Source: a virus (Duplodnaviria > Heunggongvirae > Uroviricota > Caudoviricetes > Peduoviridae). From it: a DNA stretch of 34,407 bases. The notes under the pieces are model-generated. The model was given only the letters and a program-made list of their open reading frames with translations, made no database searches and had not been told where the DNA came from. Where the stretch lies: IMG/VR virus record IMGVR_UViG_2541047772_000007. One strand, 5' to 3'. Each line of letters begins with the position of its first letter. The stretch's first letter is position 1. The position numbers and the translations under genes were made by a program. Positions 9,382 through 19,372 of this stretch are shown in pieces.

Positions 9382-9909
9382 TTATTGCGGCATTTCCGGC
9401 CATTCAGGATTTGCAGGATCCACACGACTGACCAGAACGCTGTAACGCTCCCATGCATCCAGTCGGCTACGCTCCTCATCTGTTGCCATGTTCAGTCTGA
9501 CCGCGCGCTCCAGCGGCAAAATCACGGATTCAGCATCTGCAAGAAGTCTGGCTTTCCGGTTTTCTGCCTGCTGCAGCAATTCCTCTGCCGTATAAATGCG
9601 TTTAATCACTTTGCCGTCCTTAAACATCCAGCCCCCTGAAATGTCCGCCCGTCGGTTAGCAGTAATATCCGCCACTTCAACAACACTTAATCCATCCGGT
9701 CTGATAGCTGTCACATCCTTTTCCACATAGCGGATAATATTATCTTTGTCGTACGCTATTTTTATCGTGTCATCAGCAAAATACTTTTGTTCTTCGTACC
9801 AGTTCTTACCATCTTCTGAAAAAAACCAGACAACATCAAAACCCTTTGTCAATTGATATTGTTCAACCGTTTTTGGATTACCCGCCGTAATATTTTTTAA
9901 ATGCTGCAT
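9382..9909 (-). CDS. G: Tail fibre assembly chaperone G (175 aa)
   Basis: Immediately downstream of H; length matches P2 G; C-terminus ...[27 protein letters not shown] is typical of Tfa chaperones. Confidence 0.85.
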   Translation of the reverse strand: MQHLKNITAGNPKTVEQYQLTKGFDVVWFFSEDGKNWYEEQKYFADDTIKIAYDKDNIIRYVEKDVTAIRPDGLSVVEVADITANRRADISGGWMFKDGKVIKRIYTAEELLQQAENRKARLLADAESVILPLERAVRLNMATDEERSRLDAWERYSVLVSRVDPANPEWPEMPQ

Positions 9910-9912
9910 AAA

Positions 9913-12666
9913 TTATACCTGCGCCACGTTATACCATGTCCCGTTAATGTATTTCTGAACCGGCCTGTAATATACACCACCAATGTTATCGGCAGAGTTT
10001 GAGCCGGTATCCTGAACAATAATGCCGGAATATACACACCCGGACGGTGCCTGATGTGTCCATGTCATGCCATTGTTCGCAGGTTTGTATGTGGCAGCAC
10101 CACCAAGCCGGATATCCCGGACATAGCGGGAATCAAAGTTACCGTAATCCGAGGGATTAACACGCCCCGTAATATTTATGGTTTTATTACTTTGAATACT
10201 TCCCGAGACAAAGCGCATAATATGGACGCTATTAGCATAAACATCCAGATTACCATCACCATTTTGTTTAAAGCCCGTGTCATTATCACCCAAAACAATC
10301 GAATTACCGCCAAGAGCACTGGATGTTCCTATACCCAGAGCACCATTCAATTGACCACCAGATAACGGCAGTGCACCGACATCTCCCGCTGTAGGTTTTC
10401 GCGTTGTGGTATAAAACTCAGACCAGTCAGCCTCGAATCCGTAACCGTCACGAGCAGAACGATAAAAAATACCACCGTTCTTATAATTAACGCGAAACTG
10501 GGCGGCGGGACAACTTCCTTCCCCGATATTAAAATGAAGAATTAACGTTGATGCCCCACCAATAGTTGCGTTATAGGCTCCGCTACTCCAGTTCCATCCA
10601 ACGGCTTTATCATTCGCAACGGTGTCTCCTGTTTTTCCTGAAGCAAATGCACCAATATTTTTCGGCGTCAGGTTAATATCTGATGTTCCATCAAACGAAA
10701 CGTTATTAATTTTACGGGCTGTTTTCAGCTTTGTTGCTGTCGCCGCATTGCCGGACAGTTCACCAGAAAGGCCAGCACTGAATGTCTGTTTCGCGCCCCA
10801 TGTCTGGGCTTCGTCGATAATTGGCACACGTCTTGTCGTGATCGTGCGGCTTCCCGGATTTCCTGAAATACGCACCATAAAAAAGCGGTAGTTGGCTTTA
10901 CTTACAGTGCTGCGCCATACATGCATTGAGCGTCCCGAACCAGAATCATCACTCGGACCGACTGAGATGTTTATCAGGTTGCCATCAATGACGCCCCAGT
11001 CCATACCGTCGGGAATATTGGTCATGTTATCCAGCCGAACGGTTATCAGACTGCCCGGCACAAAATCGTATGTCTGCCAGTCCAGGCTGGTGAGTTTTGC
11101 CACTGCGCCACCGATACCCAACTCTAACGGCAAAGAGTTTGAGTTATAAATCTGTCGCCACTCCCCCCACGCGTTAAATGAGCCACCAAGAAACACTCGC
11201 TCATATAAACGGTCTTTTGTAGCTGCGCTGGTTCCTGTGGTCGTGTAACGTTGCAAAACATAGACACCATCCTTGCGCCTGATGACTTCCAGAAAACCAG
11301 ACTGCCCCTGGATTGGGGTGTGGGTCGCTTTGCCTGTCACACTGTAAATACCTGGAGACATCAAATCATCCAGGTCATCCTCATAGAAGGTACTACTGGT
11401 CTGATAACCAATTTGGATCCAGTCTTCCCACTGTGGATTTTCTGCATCCCATTTGGCTGTCAGGCCGCGAATATACATAGTCCCGTTACGGGTTGTATAA
11501 CGCTGTGTGCGTCCATATAGCCCACCTTCGAAAATTTCCAGAATGCCCTGCGCGTCTCCTCCCTGCTCGGGGTAATGTCGTTCAAAAGAAGCTATTGCTG
11601 AACTGCTGTTTCTCCATAGACCTAAATGTTCTGCGCCACCGAGAGAGTTAAGGTCAATGGTCGTACTTAGAGCTCGCGTTACAGCCTGAACATGGCGCCA
11701 TGCTCCCCATGGTCCATCATTACCATTCCATGTTCCAATGAGTTTGCGGATATACAAATTTCCGTCACGTGTGGTATAGCGTTGCGTGCCTGCAAAATTG
11801 CCGCCAGTAAAAACCTCAAGCACACCGACAGCATTATCTTCAGGGAAGTTTTTCTCCAGTGTTGCGTTGGTGGACGTTGCTTTAGACCAGATACCTGAAT
11901 AAGCCTTAACAGAACCAAACGTATTCAGATCAGCATCAACCGGCATTTCGCCATTGTTTTTCATAAACGTCAGGCTGGTAACGCCAACATTGTCCAGAAA
12001 AGCTGATTTATCCTGGATATCTGCACCATTCTGATTTTTCGCCAGACGTGAATTTGCGTTGTCATTTGCTGCCTTGACCGCTTTTGGCGTTGCTGCCAAT
12101 GACTCACTGGTGCTGTTTGTTGCACTGCTTAACTGAGTAAAACCTTTTTCTGTCAGCGTGGCGTCAGGATGGCGGCGGGACTGCTCATGCTCTGCGATTT
12201 TGTCATCGACGTAATCCTGCGTCGCCATCACTGTGCTGGCATCAATACTCAGCTCAACGGACGCCACGTTACTGACAATAATAACCATGCGGCAGGTCTG
12301 CGCACGCCCGGAGCCTTCAGCCAGTTCTGGCTTATAGCTTTCAGCCATGTTGGATACCGCAATCAGTGTTCCGGCATCGTCATACAGACCAAGCTCACGC
12401 ATCCAGAAGCCGCCCACTTCGGGCGGTACAACCAGTTCAGCCACGATATAGTTTTTATTCTTGTTATCCACGCTGACTTTATTCAGAGCGTGACGCCAGA
12501 CCTCATGCACCAGTTTCGTCTGACCGGCATCCGGCACCGGCAATTTGCCATTACCGTCACCCACGGCCATTGCAGACAGGGTTACTTTTTTCCCGCCGGG
12601 GACAGTGGCGGCTGCCAGCTTTGCGGCTCCGGCAGTAGTGATAACGGTTTTAAATTTCGTGCTCAT
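9913..12666 (-). CDS. H: Tail fibre protein H (917 aa), mosaic, longer than P2 H
   Basis: The conserved P2-type N-terminus (MSTKFKTVITTAGAAKLAAATVPGGKK...) attaches to the baseplate; the central and C-terminal parts diverge and contain three internal repeats. Confidence 0.85.
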   Translation of the reverse strand: MSTKFKTVITTAGAAKLAAATVPGGKKVTLSAMAVGDGNGKLPVPDAGQTKLVHEVWRHALNKVSVDNKNKNYIVAELVVPPEVGGFWMRELGLYDDAGTLIAVSNMAESYKPELAEGSGRAQTCRMVIIVSNVASVELSIDASTVMATQDYVDDKIAEHEQSRRHPDATLTEKGFTQLSSATNSTSESLAATPKAVKAANDNANSRLAKNQNGADIQDKSAFLDNVGVTSLTFMKNNGEMPVDADLNTFGSVKAYSGIWSKATSTNATLEKNFPEDNAVGVLEVFTGGNFAGTQRYTTRDGNLYIRKLIGTWNGNDGPWGAWRHVQAVTRALSTTIDLNSLGGAEHLGLWRNSSSAIASFERHYPEQGGDAQGILEIFEGGLYGRTQRYTTRNGTMYIRGLTAKWDAENPQWEDWIQIGYQTSSTFYEDDLDDLMSPGIYSVTGKATHTPIQGQSGFLEVIRRKDGVYVLQRYTTTGTSAATKDRLYERVFLGGSFNAWGEWRQIYNSNSLPLELGIGGAVAKLTSLDWQTYDFVPGSLITVRLDNMTNIPDGMDWGVIDGNLINISVGPSDDSGSGRSMHVWRSTVSKANYRFFMVRISGNPGSRTITTRRVPIIDEAQTWGAKQTFSAGLSGELSGNAATATKLKTARKINNVSFDGTSDINLTPKNIGAFASGKTGDTVANDKAVGWNWSSGAYNATIGGASTLILHFNIGEGSCPAAQFRVNYKNGGIFYRSARDGYGFEADWSEFYTTTRKPTAGDVGALPLSGGQLNGALGIGTSSALGGNSIVLGDNDTGFKQNGDGNLDVYANSVHIMRFVSGSIQSNKTINITGRVNPSDYGNFDSRYVRDIRLGGAATYKPANNGMTWTHQAPSGCVYSGIIVQDTGSNSADNIGGVYYRPVQKYINGTWYNVAQV
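11146..11850 (-). repeat. Three tandem repeats of about 60 aa, spaced about 90 aa apart, inside the tail fibre gene H
   Basis: Protein segments at about aa 273-325, 364-420 and 445-507 share the pattern G.LEVF.GG......QRYTTR.G..YIR.......W..W. Seen in the translation. Confidence 0.6.
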
Positions 12667-12676
12667 TGTTTCTCAC

Positions 12677-13207
12677 TTATCCGGGATAAACAGTAATAAC
12701 ATCACCATCACAGACCACACCGCCTGTATACAGACAGCCGGGAATGTCCTGGATAATGTTCAGACCGATAAGGTGGCGACTTGCGGGTTTGGCATCGGCA
12801 ATAAGCCGTTCCATTTCCAGATACATCTCCTCCGTGATGCCGCTTTCCAGCACACCGATATCAAGGCGAAAGGTTCCGGGCGGGTCGTTTGTCTCCCACC
12901 ATTCCTTTACGTTAATGAGATAGCCGAGCGGCTCCACCACACGCCGGATTGCGCCTATAGTGCCCTTATGGCAGTGAATGAAATACGCATCGCGGATAAC
13001 GGCGCGTTTTGTTGCTTCCGGCCACTTTTCATCCCACCTGTCAACAGAAAACGCCCACGCCAGCCACGGCAGCAGATTTGCCGGACAGGTGTCCGGGTTC
13101 CACAGCTCACGAATACTGACCGGCGTTTTTTCAATTTCCGCACAGGCTTTTGCGGCGGCAACTTCAAGCGGTGATGAGCCGGTCGGCAGCAGGCGCGAAT
13201 CACTCAT
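12677..13207 (-). CDS. I: Baseplate protein I (176 aa)
   Basis: Length and synteny with P2 I. Confidence 0.85.
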   Translation of the reverse strand: MSDSRLLPTGSSPLEVAAAKACAEIEKTPVSIRELWNPDTCPANLLPWLAWAFSVDRWDEKWPEATKRAVIRDAYFIHCHKGTIGAIRRVVEPLGYLINVKEWWETNDPPGTFRLDIGVLESGITEEMYLEMERLIADAKPASRHLIGLNIIQDIPGCLYTGGVVCDGDVITVYPG

Positions 13208-14108
13208 CAGAGCCTCCGGTCACGACGCGGTATTCGGTACAGAAAGACGCCTGCGTACTGTTGAGCACGATGTCGGCCAGCGGTGCAGTCAGTTCGACAC
13301 GCTGCACGCCTTCCACATGCAAAGCGGCATAAATGGCAGACAGACGGATGTCGCGCCCCAGCCGGTGCTGTGCCGTGATATACGCTTCCAGTTTTTTTAC
13401 TGCGGCCGCGCGGATGGGTTCGCTTTCGGGACCAGGGTAAAGGTAAAGCGTGGCGTTTATCTGGTATTCAACGATGGCGGCAGACTGCACGGTCACGCGG
13501 TCGGCCACCGGCCTGACATCCTCGCCATTAAGGGCGTTACGTACCACCGCCAGCAGGTCTTCGGATGCCACACCGTTATTCTCACGTGACAGCACAGAGA
13601 TGGTGACGCAGGCCGGAGACGGACTGGTGACAGAGATATCCGCGACACGCCCGTCGGCACTGCGGCCATGATACTGATAGGCACCCACCGACCCGGCGAC
13701 GCTTAAGCCTTCAAACGCCTGCTGAATACGCAGACGATAATCGGTGTCAGATTCCATCACTGCCGGTGTCGGCGGGATGGTCGAATCATCTGCCGGGGTG
13801 ATAATCAGGCGCGTGGTGTTGTAATTGGCACCAATCACATCAAGGTCATTACCGGCAGCACAGGCCAGCATCACCGCCCGTGCGGCCTCATTCACACGCT
13901 GACGCCAGATAAGTTCACGATAAGCATTTTCCTCCAGCAGTTTGACGAGAGGCTCGGATTCCAGCGTCAGGGTACGGGCGACCGCCTCCTGCTGGTCTTC
14001 CGGGTAAAGGGAAATCAGTGTCGCCTTGCGTTCGGCAAGAATGGTTTCAAAGTCCAGCTCCTCGACCACATCCGGTGCGGGTAGCTGGTTCAGGTCGATA
14101 ATCGGCAT
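13200..14108 (-). CDS. J: Baseplate assembly protein J (302 aa)
   Basis: Length and synteny with P2 J; overlaps the I start. Confidence 0.85.
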   Translation of the reverse strand: MPIIDLNQLPAPDVVEELDFETILAERKATLISLYPEDQQEAVARTLTLESEPLVKLLEENAYRELIWRQRVNEAARAVMLACAAGNDLDVIGANYNTTRLIITPADDSTIPPTPAVMESDTDYRLRIQQAFEGLSVAGSVGAYQYHGRSADGRVADISVTSPSPACVTISVLSRENNGVASEDLLAVVRNALNGEDVRPVADRVTVQSAAIVEYQINATLYLYPGPESEPIRAAAVKKLEAYITAQHRLGRDIRLSAIYAALHVEGVQRVELTAPLADIVLNSTQASFCTEYRVVTGGSDE

Positions 14109-14112
14109 GGTT

Positions 14113-14460
14113 TCAACTCACAGGGATGGTTAACGAAAGTGGCTGGCCGGTGTCGTTGTGCTGACCGGTTAACGTGACCGTCATTCGCCCGTCAAAACTG
14201 CGCTCAGTGGTGACGGATGACAGGGTGACGCGGGGTTCCCATTTCAGCACCGCCATGTAACAGGCGACCTTAATCTGCAACTCAAGCGCCGGAGTCTGCG
14301 GCTGGTCAATCATTGACGCCAGCAACGAGCCGTAATCACGACGCATCACCCGCGAGCCGACCGGTGTGCGCAGGATATCGCCGATACTCTGGCTGATATG
14401 CTCAAGGTCAGTGACAGTCAGGCCATCACTGCGATTCATTCCGAGATAACGCGCAGTCAT
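14113..14460 (-). CDS. W: Baseplate wedge protein W (115 aa)
   Basis: Length and synteny with P2 W. Confidence 0.85.
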   Translation of the reverse strand: MTARYLGMNRSDGLTVTDLEHISQSIGDILRTPVGSRVMRRDYGSLLASMIDQPQTPALELQIKVACYMAVLKWEPRVTLSSVTTERSFDGRMTVTLTGQHNDTGQPLSLTIPVS

Positions 14461-15092
14461 AGAGGTCCCCCGGTTGTGCCGCCGCTGTCGCCGGGGTGTT
14501 TATGGGTATGCAGTACCTTACCGTTTGATGAGAGTTCACCGCCGGTGTGTTCAATGTTGCCGCGCATCGTCCCGCCCTTCTGCACTTCCAGCGTGCCGGT
14601 AATCAGCCTGTTGGTGCAGACCACCTCCGGTGTGTCCAGGGTGACGCGGGTTGATGCTTTCACCATGACCACCGGCACCGTGGCAGTAACAGAATCAGAA
14701 GCCGTCACGCTGGCCGTTTTAATTCCGCTTACCGTAAGTGCACTGGTTTCGGGTTCATATTCAATCACCGCCCCGTCAGGGAAACGGATATGCAGGGCAT
14801 CCGCCGACGCAGACGGCGCGGGGTTATCGCCGGAATAAATCCCCGGCAGAACGAACGCCGTGTCGAGTTCACCGCCCACGGCCAGAATCAGCACCTGTTC
14901 CCCCACGGAAGGTGCCCACCATGTGCGCGAACGTCCGGCGCGATGGGTCAGCCACTGAAGCCAGTCGGTGCACATGCCGCCGGTCTGCACACGGCAGCGA
15001 CCGGCATTAAGGTCGGTTTCGACGATAATGCCGGAGCGGATCATGTTGCGCAGTGCGCGCGCGAGTTCCTGAATATTTGCGAGAGTGTTCAT
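14457..15092 (-). CDS. V: Baseplate spike protein V (211 aa)
   Basis: Length and synteny with P2 V; stop overlaps the W start. Confidence 0.85.
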   Translation of the reverse strand: MNTLANIQELARALRNMIRSGIIVETDLNAGRCRVQTGGMCTDWLQWLTHRAGRSRTWWAPSVGEQVLILAVGGELDTAFVLPGIYSGDNPAPSASADALHIRFPDGAVIEYEPETSALTVSGIKTASVTASDSVTATVPVVMVKASTRVTLDTPEVVCTNRLITGTLEVQKGGTMRGNIEHTGGELSSNGKVLHTHKHPGDSGGTTGGPL

Positions 15093-15158
15093 AACGGGAA
15101 GGATGCCGCCGGGTCATACCGGCGGCAATGTGACGATGAGGTGTCGGGAATGGCACAA

Positions 15159-15611
15159 CTAACGGTCGAGGTGAGCCAGGACAATCTCTTCAATCATCTG
15201 CACATCCTCACCGGTAAAGCCGAGCAGAGGACGCGCCGGATAATCAATTTTCTTACCGCCTTTCCGGGTTTCTTCCGACAGACCGAACTGATGCACGCTG
15301 GCGATTTTCGGTGACTTTCCGCCGTAGAACTCCATTGATGCCTGTTCAGGGCTGGCGCGGATATGCAAAAAACGACTGGTGATAAGTTTCGCAAACATTT
15401 TTCGCTTAACACGACCGGTCTTTTTTCTGGCGCTCTGCTGCTGGCGTGGCGCATAGGGTGTGCCATCCGGGGCTTTCTGTGCCATCACCCGACGCTGCTG
15501 ACTCTGCCGCAGACGTTTCGCCAGTTCGGAGCTCAGTCGCCGACGCCCTGACGGTGACAGCGATTCAGTCAGTCCGGTCAGCCGGTCTTCAAAACGCTTA
15601 AACTCATTCAT
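15159..15611 (-). CDS. S: Tail completion protein S (150 aa)
   Basis: Length and synteny with P2 S. Confidence 0.85.
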   Translation of the reverse strand: MNEFKRFEDRLTGLTESLSPSGRRRLSSELAKRLRQSQQRRVMAQKAPDGTPYAPRQQQSARKKTGRVKRKMFAKLITSRFLHIRASPEQASMEFYGGKSPKIASVHQFGLSEETRKGGKKIDYPARPLLGFTGEDVQMIEEIVLAHLDR

Positions 15612-16071
15612 CCCACTTACTCACCAGTTCGCCATTGATATAAAGCTCCATCGGGCGGGTGACCGGCTCCGGCGGCGGAGGTTCCGGGATATTCTTCACA
15701 TGCAGCGCACCGTCAACCTCACTGACCAGCGTGCGCTCGGTCAGCATCAGGCTGATGCTGATATCAAAGCTGCTGTCATTGTTGATGTCCGCATAAAACG
15801 TGAAGCCCTTTTTCTGGCCTTCGTCGGTGGTCATGATGTCGGGCTGATTTTCCCGCAGCCACGCCAGCACCGGCACGATGAGCAGGTCAAAATCACCGGT
15901 AAAGTCGGTCACAATGACATTGAGCGTGTAACGCTTTTCAAATGACAGCGACGTCGCCAGTGTGGAGGCAATACTCCCGTTATCCACGAATATCCGCAGC
16001 ATCTCGGGACTGGTTTTCAGCACCGTGACGGCATCAGTCAGCGCCCTGCGCAGGCTGTCGGGTTTGAGCAT
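15604..16071 (-). CDS. R: Tail completion protein R (155 aa)
   Basis: Length and synteny with P2 R. Confidence 0.85.
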   Translation of the reverse strand: MLKPDSLRRALTDAVTVLKTSPEMLRIFVDNGSIASTLATSLSFEKRYTLNVIVTDFTGDFDLLIVPVLAWLRENQPDIMTTDEGQKKGFTFYADINNDSSFDISISLMLTERTLVSEVDGALHVKNIPEPPPPEPVTRPMELYINGELVSKWDE

Positions 16072-16324
16072 CGTTTTCGTCCTGACAGTGTTTAATCATT
16101 TTTATCTGGCTGGCACAGCGTGCCAGCGCGTTCTCAAGCTGCCGGATATCGGCACTTAAATCACCGTTCGTCTCCGGGTCACTGCCCGGCATCGGGCAAA
16201 GGCTCACTTTCGGGCAGGCGTTGGGGACAATCACTGGCGTCGGTGCAGGCCGGGCGCTGGTGCAACCGGCGCACAGCATCAGGCAGGTCAGCACCGTACC
16301 AGCGGCGAAAATCTTCGTTTTCAT
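16034..16324 (-). CDS. lysC: LysC, outer-membrane lipoprotein spanin (Rz1-like, 96 aa), nested in the +1 frame of lysB
   Basis: MKTKIFAAGTVLTCLMLCAGC... carries a lipobox and is Pro-rich; it lies inside a longer track ORF that overlaps lysB; start placed at the ATG giving 96 aa. Confidence 0.8.
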   Translation of the reverse strand: MKTKIFAAGTVLTCLMLCAGCTSARPAPTPVIVPNACPKVSLCPMPGSDPETNGDLSADIRQLENALARCASQIKMIKHCQDENDAQTRQPAQGAD

Positions 16325-16604
16325 TGAGTAACCTCGTGATGGTTTTCTCGCGCTGTGCTTCACGCTTCGCGGCGTTCTCCAGTTCCTGACGCAGTGCCAC
16401 CTGCGCCAGCTCGTTTTTGTCTGCCCTGGTGAGGGCAACATGAAGCTGATTTTTCAGCATGGTGATGGTCGTCTGTTGTTCACTGGCGACGTTGTTCACC
16501 CTGTCCAGCGAGGCGCGCAGGCTGGCGTTTTCATGCTTCGCCAGAAACAGCCCCGCCACCGCCAGCGATAACAACACAACCATCACAATCATCAGCCTTG
16601 ACAT
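16179..16604 (-). CDS. lysB: LysB, inner-membrane spanin (Rz-like, 141 aa)
   Basis: N-terminal transmembrane helix followed by a coiled-coil-like region; position in the P2 lysis cassette. Confidence 0.85.
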   Translation of the reverse strand: MSRLMIVMVVLLSLAVAGLFLAKHENASLRASLDRVNNVASEQQTTITMLKNQLHVALTRADKNELAQVALRQELENAAKREAQREKTITRLLNENEDFRRWYGADLPDAVRRLHQRPACTDASDCPQRLPESEPLPDAGQ

Positions 16605-17017
16605 GGTTCCCGCCCCTCAAAACGCTGACAGCAGGCCGTACGTATCAGCCGGAATAACAGCGCCGCCACGAGATAAATCAGCGCGGTAAAAATCCACCCG
16701 GCAGCGACCAGCGAGATAAACGTCGCCACCATCACCACCAGACCCATCGCCCGTCTGCACCACGGCACCGGCTGCAAATACAGCGACGTGACAATCTTCA
16801 CGGCCAGCGATTCCGGCGGCAGCTCCCGCCCGTAGCGTTCCAGCACATACTCAGTGGCATACACGCCGACACCACCGGCAACCACACAGATAACCGTCGC
16901 CAGAATCGCCCAGGCAGCGACAAAATTGACGGCCACGCTCTGCGGGTTAATCAGGGACAGTGCCAGCATCAGCGCCAGCGACACGTTCAGCATCAGTGAA
17001 AGGAATAATTTCTTCAT
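16592..17017 (-). CDS. lysA: LysA, hydrophobic lysis-timing protein (141 aa)
   Basis: Multi-helix hydrophobic protein at the P2 lysA position. Confidence 0.8.
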   Translation of the reverse strand: MKKLFLSLMLNVSLALMLALSLINPQSVAVNFVAAWAILATVICVVAGGVGVYATEYVLERYGRELPPESLAVKIVTSLYLQPVPWCRRAMGLVVMVATFISLVAAGWIFTALIYLVAALLFRLIRTACCQRFEGREPCQG

Positions 17018-17031
17018 GGTGTTTACTCCGT

Positions 17032-17529
17032 TTAAGCCGGTACGCCGCCAGCGGTACGCCAGACGGTGACCAGTTTTTCCAGTGAATGCTCACGCTGACC
17101 GTAACCGGCTCCCGGCAGGGATGCCCAGATATTGCGACAGCGTGAAATGGCGCGCTCAATGCGTCCCGCCCGGATGTCATCCAGCGCACCGCGTTCACGG
17201 ATCAACTGAATGGCAAGTCTGTCCTGTGACAACGGACTGAAATCCGGCAGGGCAAGCTGTTTGCGGTAGTGCGGCCAGAACAGGTAAAGCTGCTGATAGC
17301 GACCGGAGGCCGTGGATTTTTCACCGCGACGGTTAAACACCTTCGCCGGTCGGCCATGCGCGAACGGGTGGTCACTGTAGTCGGTGAAAATTTCCGGCTT
17401 TCCGTCCAGTCCGGTGACTATCACGTCATAGCCCCGGTTTTTCGTCAGCGGATGATTCGCCGTCCCTTCGGACACGGCCAGCATGTCGAGAAAGGCGGCG
17501 ATATTCTGATGCGTGTTAATAACCGGCAT
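17032..17529 (-). CDS. K: Endolysin K (lysozyme, 165 aa)
   Basis: Length and position match P2 K. Confidence 0.85.
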   Translation of the reverse strand: MPVINTHQNIAAFLDMLAVSEGTANHPLTKNRGYDVIVTGLDGKPEIFTDYSDHPFAHGRPAKVFNRRGEKSTASGRYQQLYLFWPHYRKQLALPDFSPLSQDRLAIQLIRERGALDDIRAGRIERAISRCRNIWASLPGAGYGQREHSLEKLVTVWRTAGGVPA

Positions 17530-17810
17530 TACGGTTTCCCCCTGCCCTTAAAGCGGCGCTGAATGGCAATCTCAATCACCTGATAACCGGCGATACCCAG
17601 CATGGAGCCGATGCCGCACACCGCAGGCAGTGACAGGTCAGGAAACTGCACCAGAACAACACCGGCAACCATCGAGACAAAACCACCGAGCAACATGCGC
17701 CCGATAAACAGACGCGGGGTGATGGGTTCACCACCGGCAAGCACCTTGCCGACAACAATCAGCACCCCAATCATGAAAAGCGACAGGACGCTTTTTTCTT
17801 CTGCTGTCAT
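17529..17810 (-). CDS. Y: Holin Y (93 aa)
   Basis: Small protein with hydrophobic helices and a charged C-terminus; P2 Y position. Confidence 0.85.
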   Translation of the reverse strand: MTAEEKSVLSLFMIGVLIVVGKVLAGGEPITPRLFIGRMLLGGFVSMVAGVVLVQFPDLSLPAVCGIGSMLGIAGYQVIEIAIQRRFKGRGKP

Positions 17811-17813
17811 GCG

Positions 17814-18017
17814 TTACTCCCACAGATTGACAGTTTCAGCCACGGGGGCGGTCTGAACGTCGGGCAGCTCGACGACGGTGCCGTGCGGCAGCACCGCACC
17901 CAGTTCAGCCAGTCCCGGATTTGCGGCGAGCACAGCCTCGACCACGCCCTCAGTGCGCCCGTAATACCGGACACAAATGGCGTCGAGCGTGTCGCCCTGT
18001 AGCGCAAAGGTCTTCAT
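17814..18017 (-). CDS. X: Tail protein X (67 aa)
   Basis: MKTFALQGDTLDAICVRYYGRTEGVVEAVLAANPGLAELG... recognised as P2 X; track ORF trimmed to the ATG giving 67 aa; start overlaps the L stop (ATGA). Confidence 0.85.
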   Translation of the reverse strand: MKTFALQGDTLDAICVRYYGRTEGVVEAVLAANPGLAELGAVLPHGTVVELPDVQTAPVAETVNLWE

Positions 18018-18526
18018 CAGATTTGACTCACGATGCAGCGCGGCTTGTCCTGGATGCGCGCCACTGCCCAGCGCATATCCCGCCATAGCTCATCAATGGT
18101 GCTGTCAATGCTGTCGGCCTTCTTGTCGCCTTTGGCACTGGCATCCACGCCGCGATAACGCTCATAAAGCGATGCGGTCGCCATCGCACACACGGCGCGC
18201 TCGTAGTAAAAAACTTTGATGCTTTCACCGTCGATGTCGTCCGCCGGGACGTCCGCCAGACGCGTAAAACCGGCAGCAATTTTCTGTTCGCGGTACTCGT
18301 ACAGCTCCGCATTCGTCTCCGCCATGCCTGACTTGATGGCCTCACGCAGACGGGCGGGGGCGACGGTCTGCTCAAGGCGCATACGTTCCCGGACGCGCTT
18401 CGGGTCGATATCGGGAAAAAAGAACGTGTTTTTAATCACCGGCTCGTCGCCTGCCGGTTGCGGGATGACCACCGTACCCTCACCGGACACGGGAGCCTCC
18501 TTTCGCGGAATAATCAGCGTCATCAT
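18017..18526 (-). CDS. L: Head completion/stabilisation protein L (169 aa)
   Basis: Begins MMTLIIPRKEAPVSGEGTVVIP... as in P2 L; track ORF trimmed to give 169 aa. Confidence 0.85.
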   Translation of the reverse strand: MMTLIIPRKEAPVSGEGTVVIPQPAGDEPVIKNTFFFPDIDPKRVRERMRLEQTVAPARLREAIKSGMAETNAELYEYREQKIAAGFTRLADVPADDIDGESIKVFYYERAVCAMATASLYERYRGVDASAKGDKKADSIDSTIDELWRDMRWAVARIQDKPRCIVSQI

Positions 18527-18625
18527 GACTACCTCTGAAAAGTCGGGCGGTGGACGCCGGTGCAGTGTCAGGTGATTCACCCTCACTGACCGGCGTGCCG
18601 CCCTGGCGCGGGGCGCATTCGGTTG

Positions 18626-19369
18626 TTAACTGGCTTTCTTTTTCGGGCGTCCACGTTTTGCCGGTGTCACGCTCCGGGTCTTACGCGGGGTACGGGTGGC
18701 CGCTTTGGGCTGCGGCTCCGGCTTCGGTTTCAGCTCCCGCTCCAGTCGTTCAATCTCTTTTTTGACGCCTGCCTGACAGTCGAGCTGTGTCGCACGTTGC
18801 AGGTGCGCCAGCGCACCGGCGGCATCACCACCGTCACGCAGAAACAGACCGGTGATTTTGTGCAGCTTTGCGCGCACTTCATCAGGCATGTCAGCCGTGG
18901 CGGTCAGTTCAAGGGTCTCCGTCAGCAGGCGGGGATCCACAGACTCACCGGCAGCGTGAGCGCGCATGGCCGCGAGCGCCACCTCCTCGGTGAACATGTA
19001 CGGCGGGGTGCGGCGGTGTTTACCCGGCATGGTCAGACCGTACTTCAGGGCATAACGGGCAATCTCCAGCGCACCGGCAATATCGCCGGTATCCAGACGC
19101 CACAGCATGACCGTCATCAGAATGTCATCCTGTGCACCTTTGCCCTGCTCCAGCACGCCGTTCACCCACGGCAACCAGAACGGCAGCAGTTCGCGTTTTT
19201 TCGCGGCCTTCAGCTCTTTTGAATAAATCGCTTTCAGTGTGCGCTGGTCTGCGGCCAGCTTGACCAGCATCTGCTCATAGACAGTTGCATGTCGCAGCGG
19301 GGCGGCGTCCCGCTGCGCGGTCATCGCTGCCGAGACCCGCATCATGTGGCGCTGTGCGGGACTCGTCAT
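18626..19369 (-). CDS. M: Terminase small (endonuclease) subunit M (247 aa)
   Basis: Length and synteny with P2 M. Confidence 0.85.
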   Translation of the reverse strand: MTSPAQRHMMRVSAAMTAQRDAAPLRHATVYEQMLVKLAADQRTLKAIYSKELKAAKKRELLPFWLPWVNGVLEQGKGAQDDILMTVMLWRLDTGDIAGALEIARYALKYGLTMPGKHRRTPPYMFTEEVALAAMRAHAAGESVDPRLLTETLELTATADMPDEVRAKLHKITGLFLRDGGDAAGALAHLQRATQLDCQAGVKKEIERLERELKPKPEPQPKAATRTPRKTRSVTPAKRGRPKKKAS

Positions 19370-19372
19370 CGG

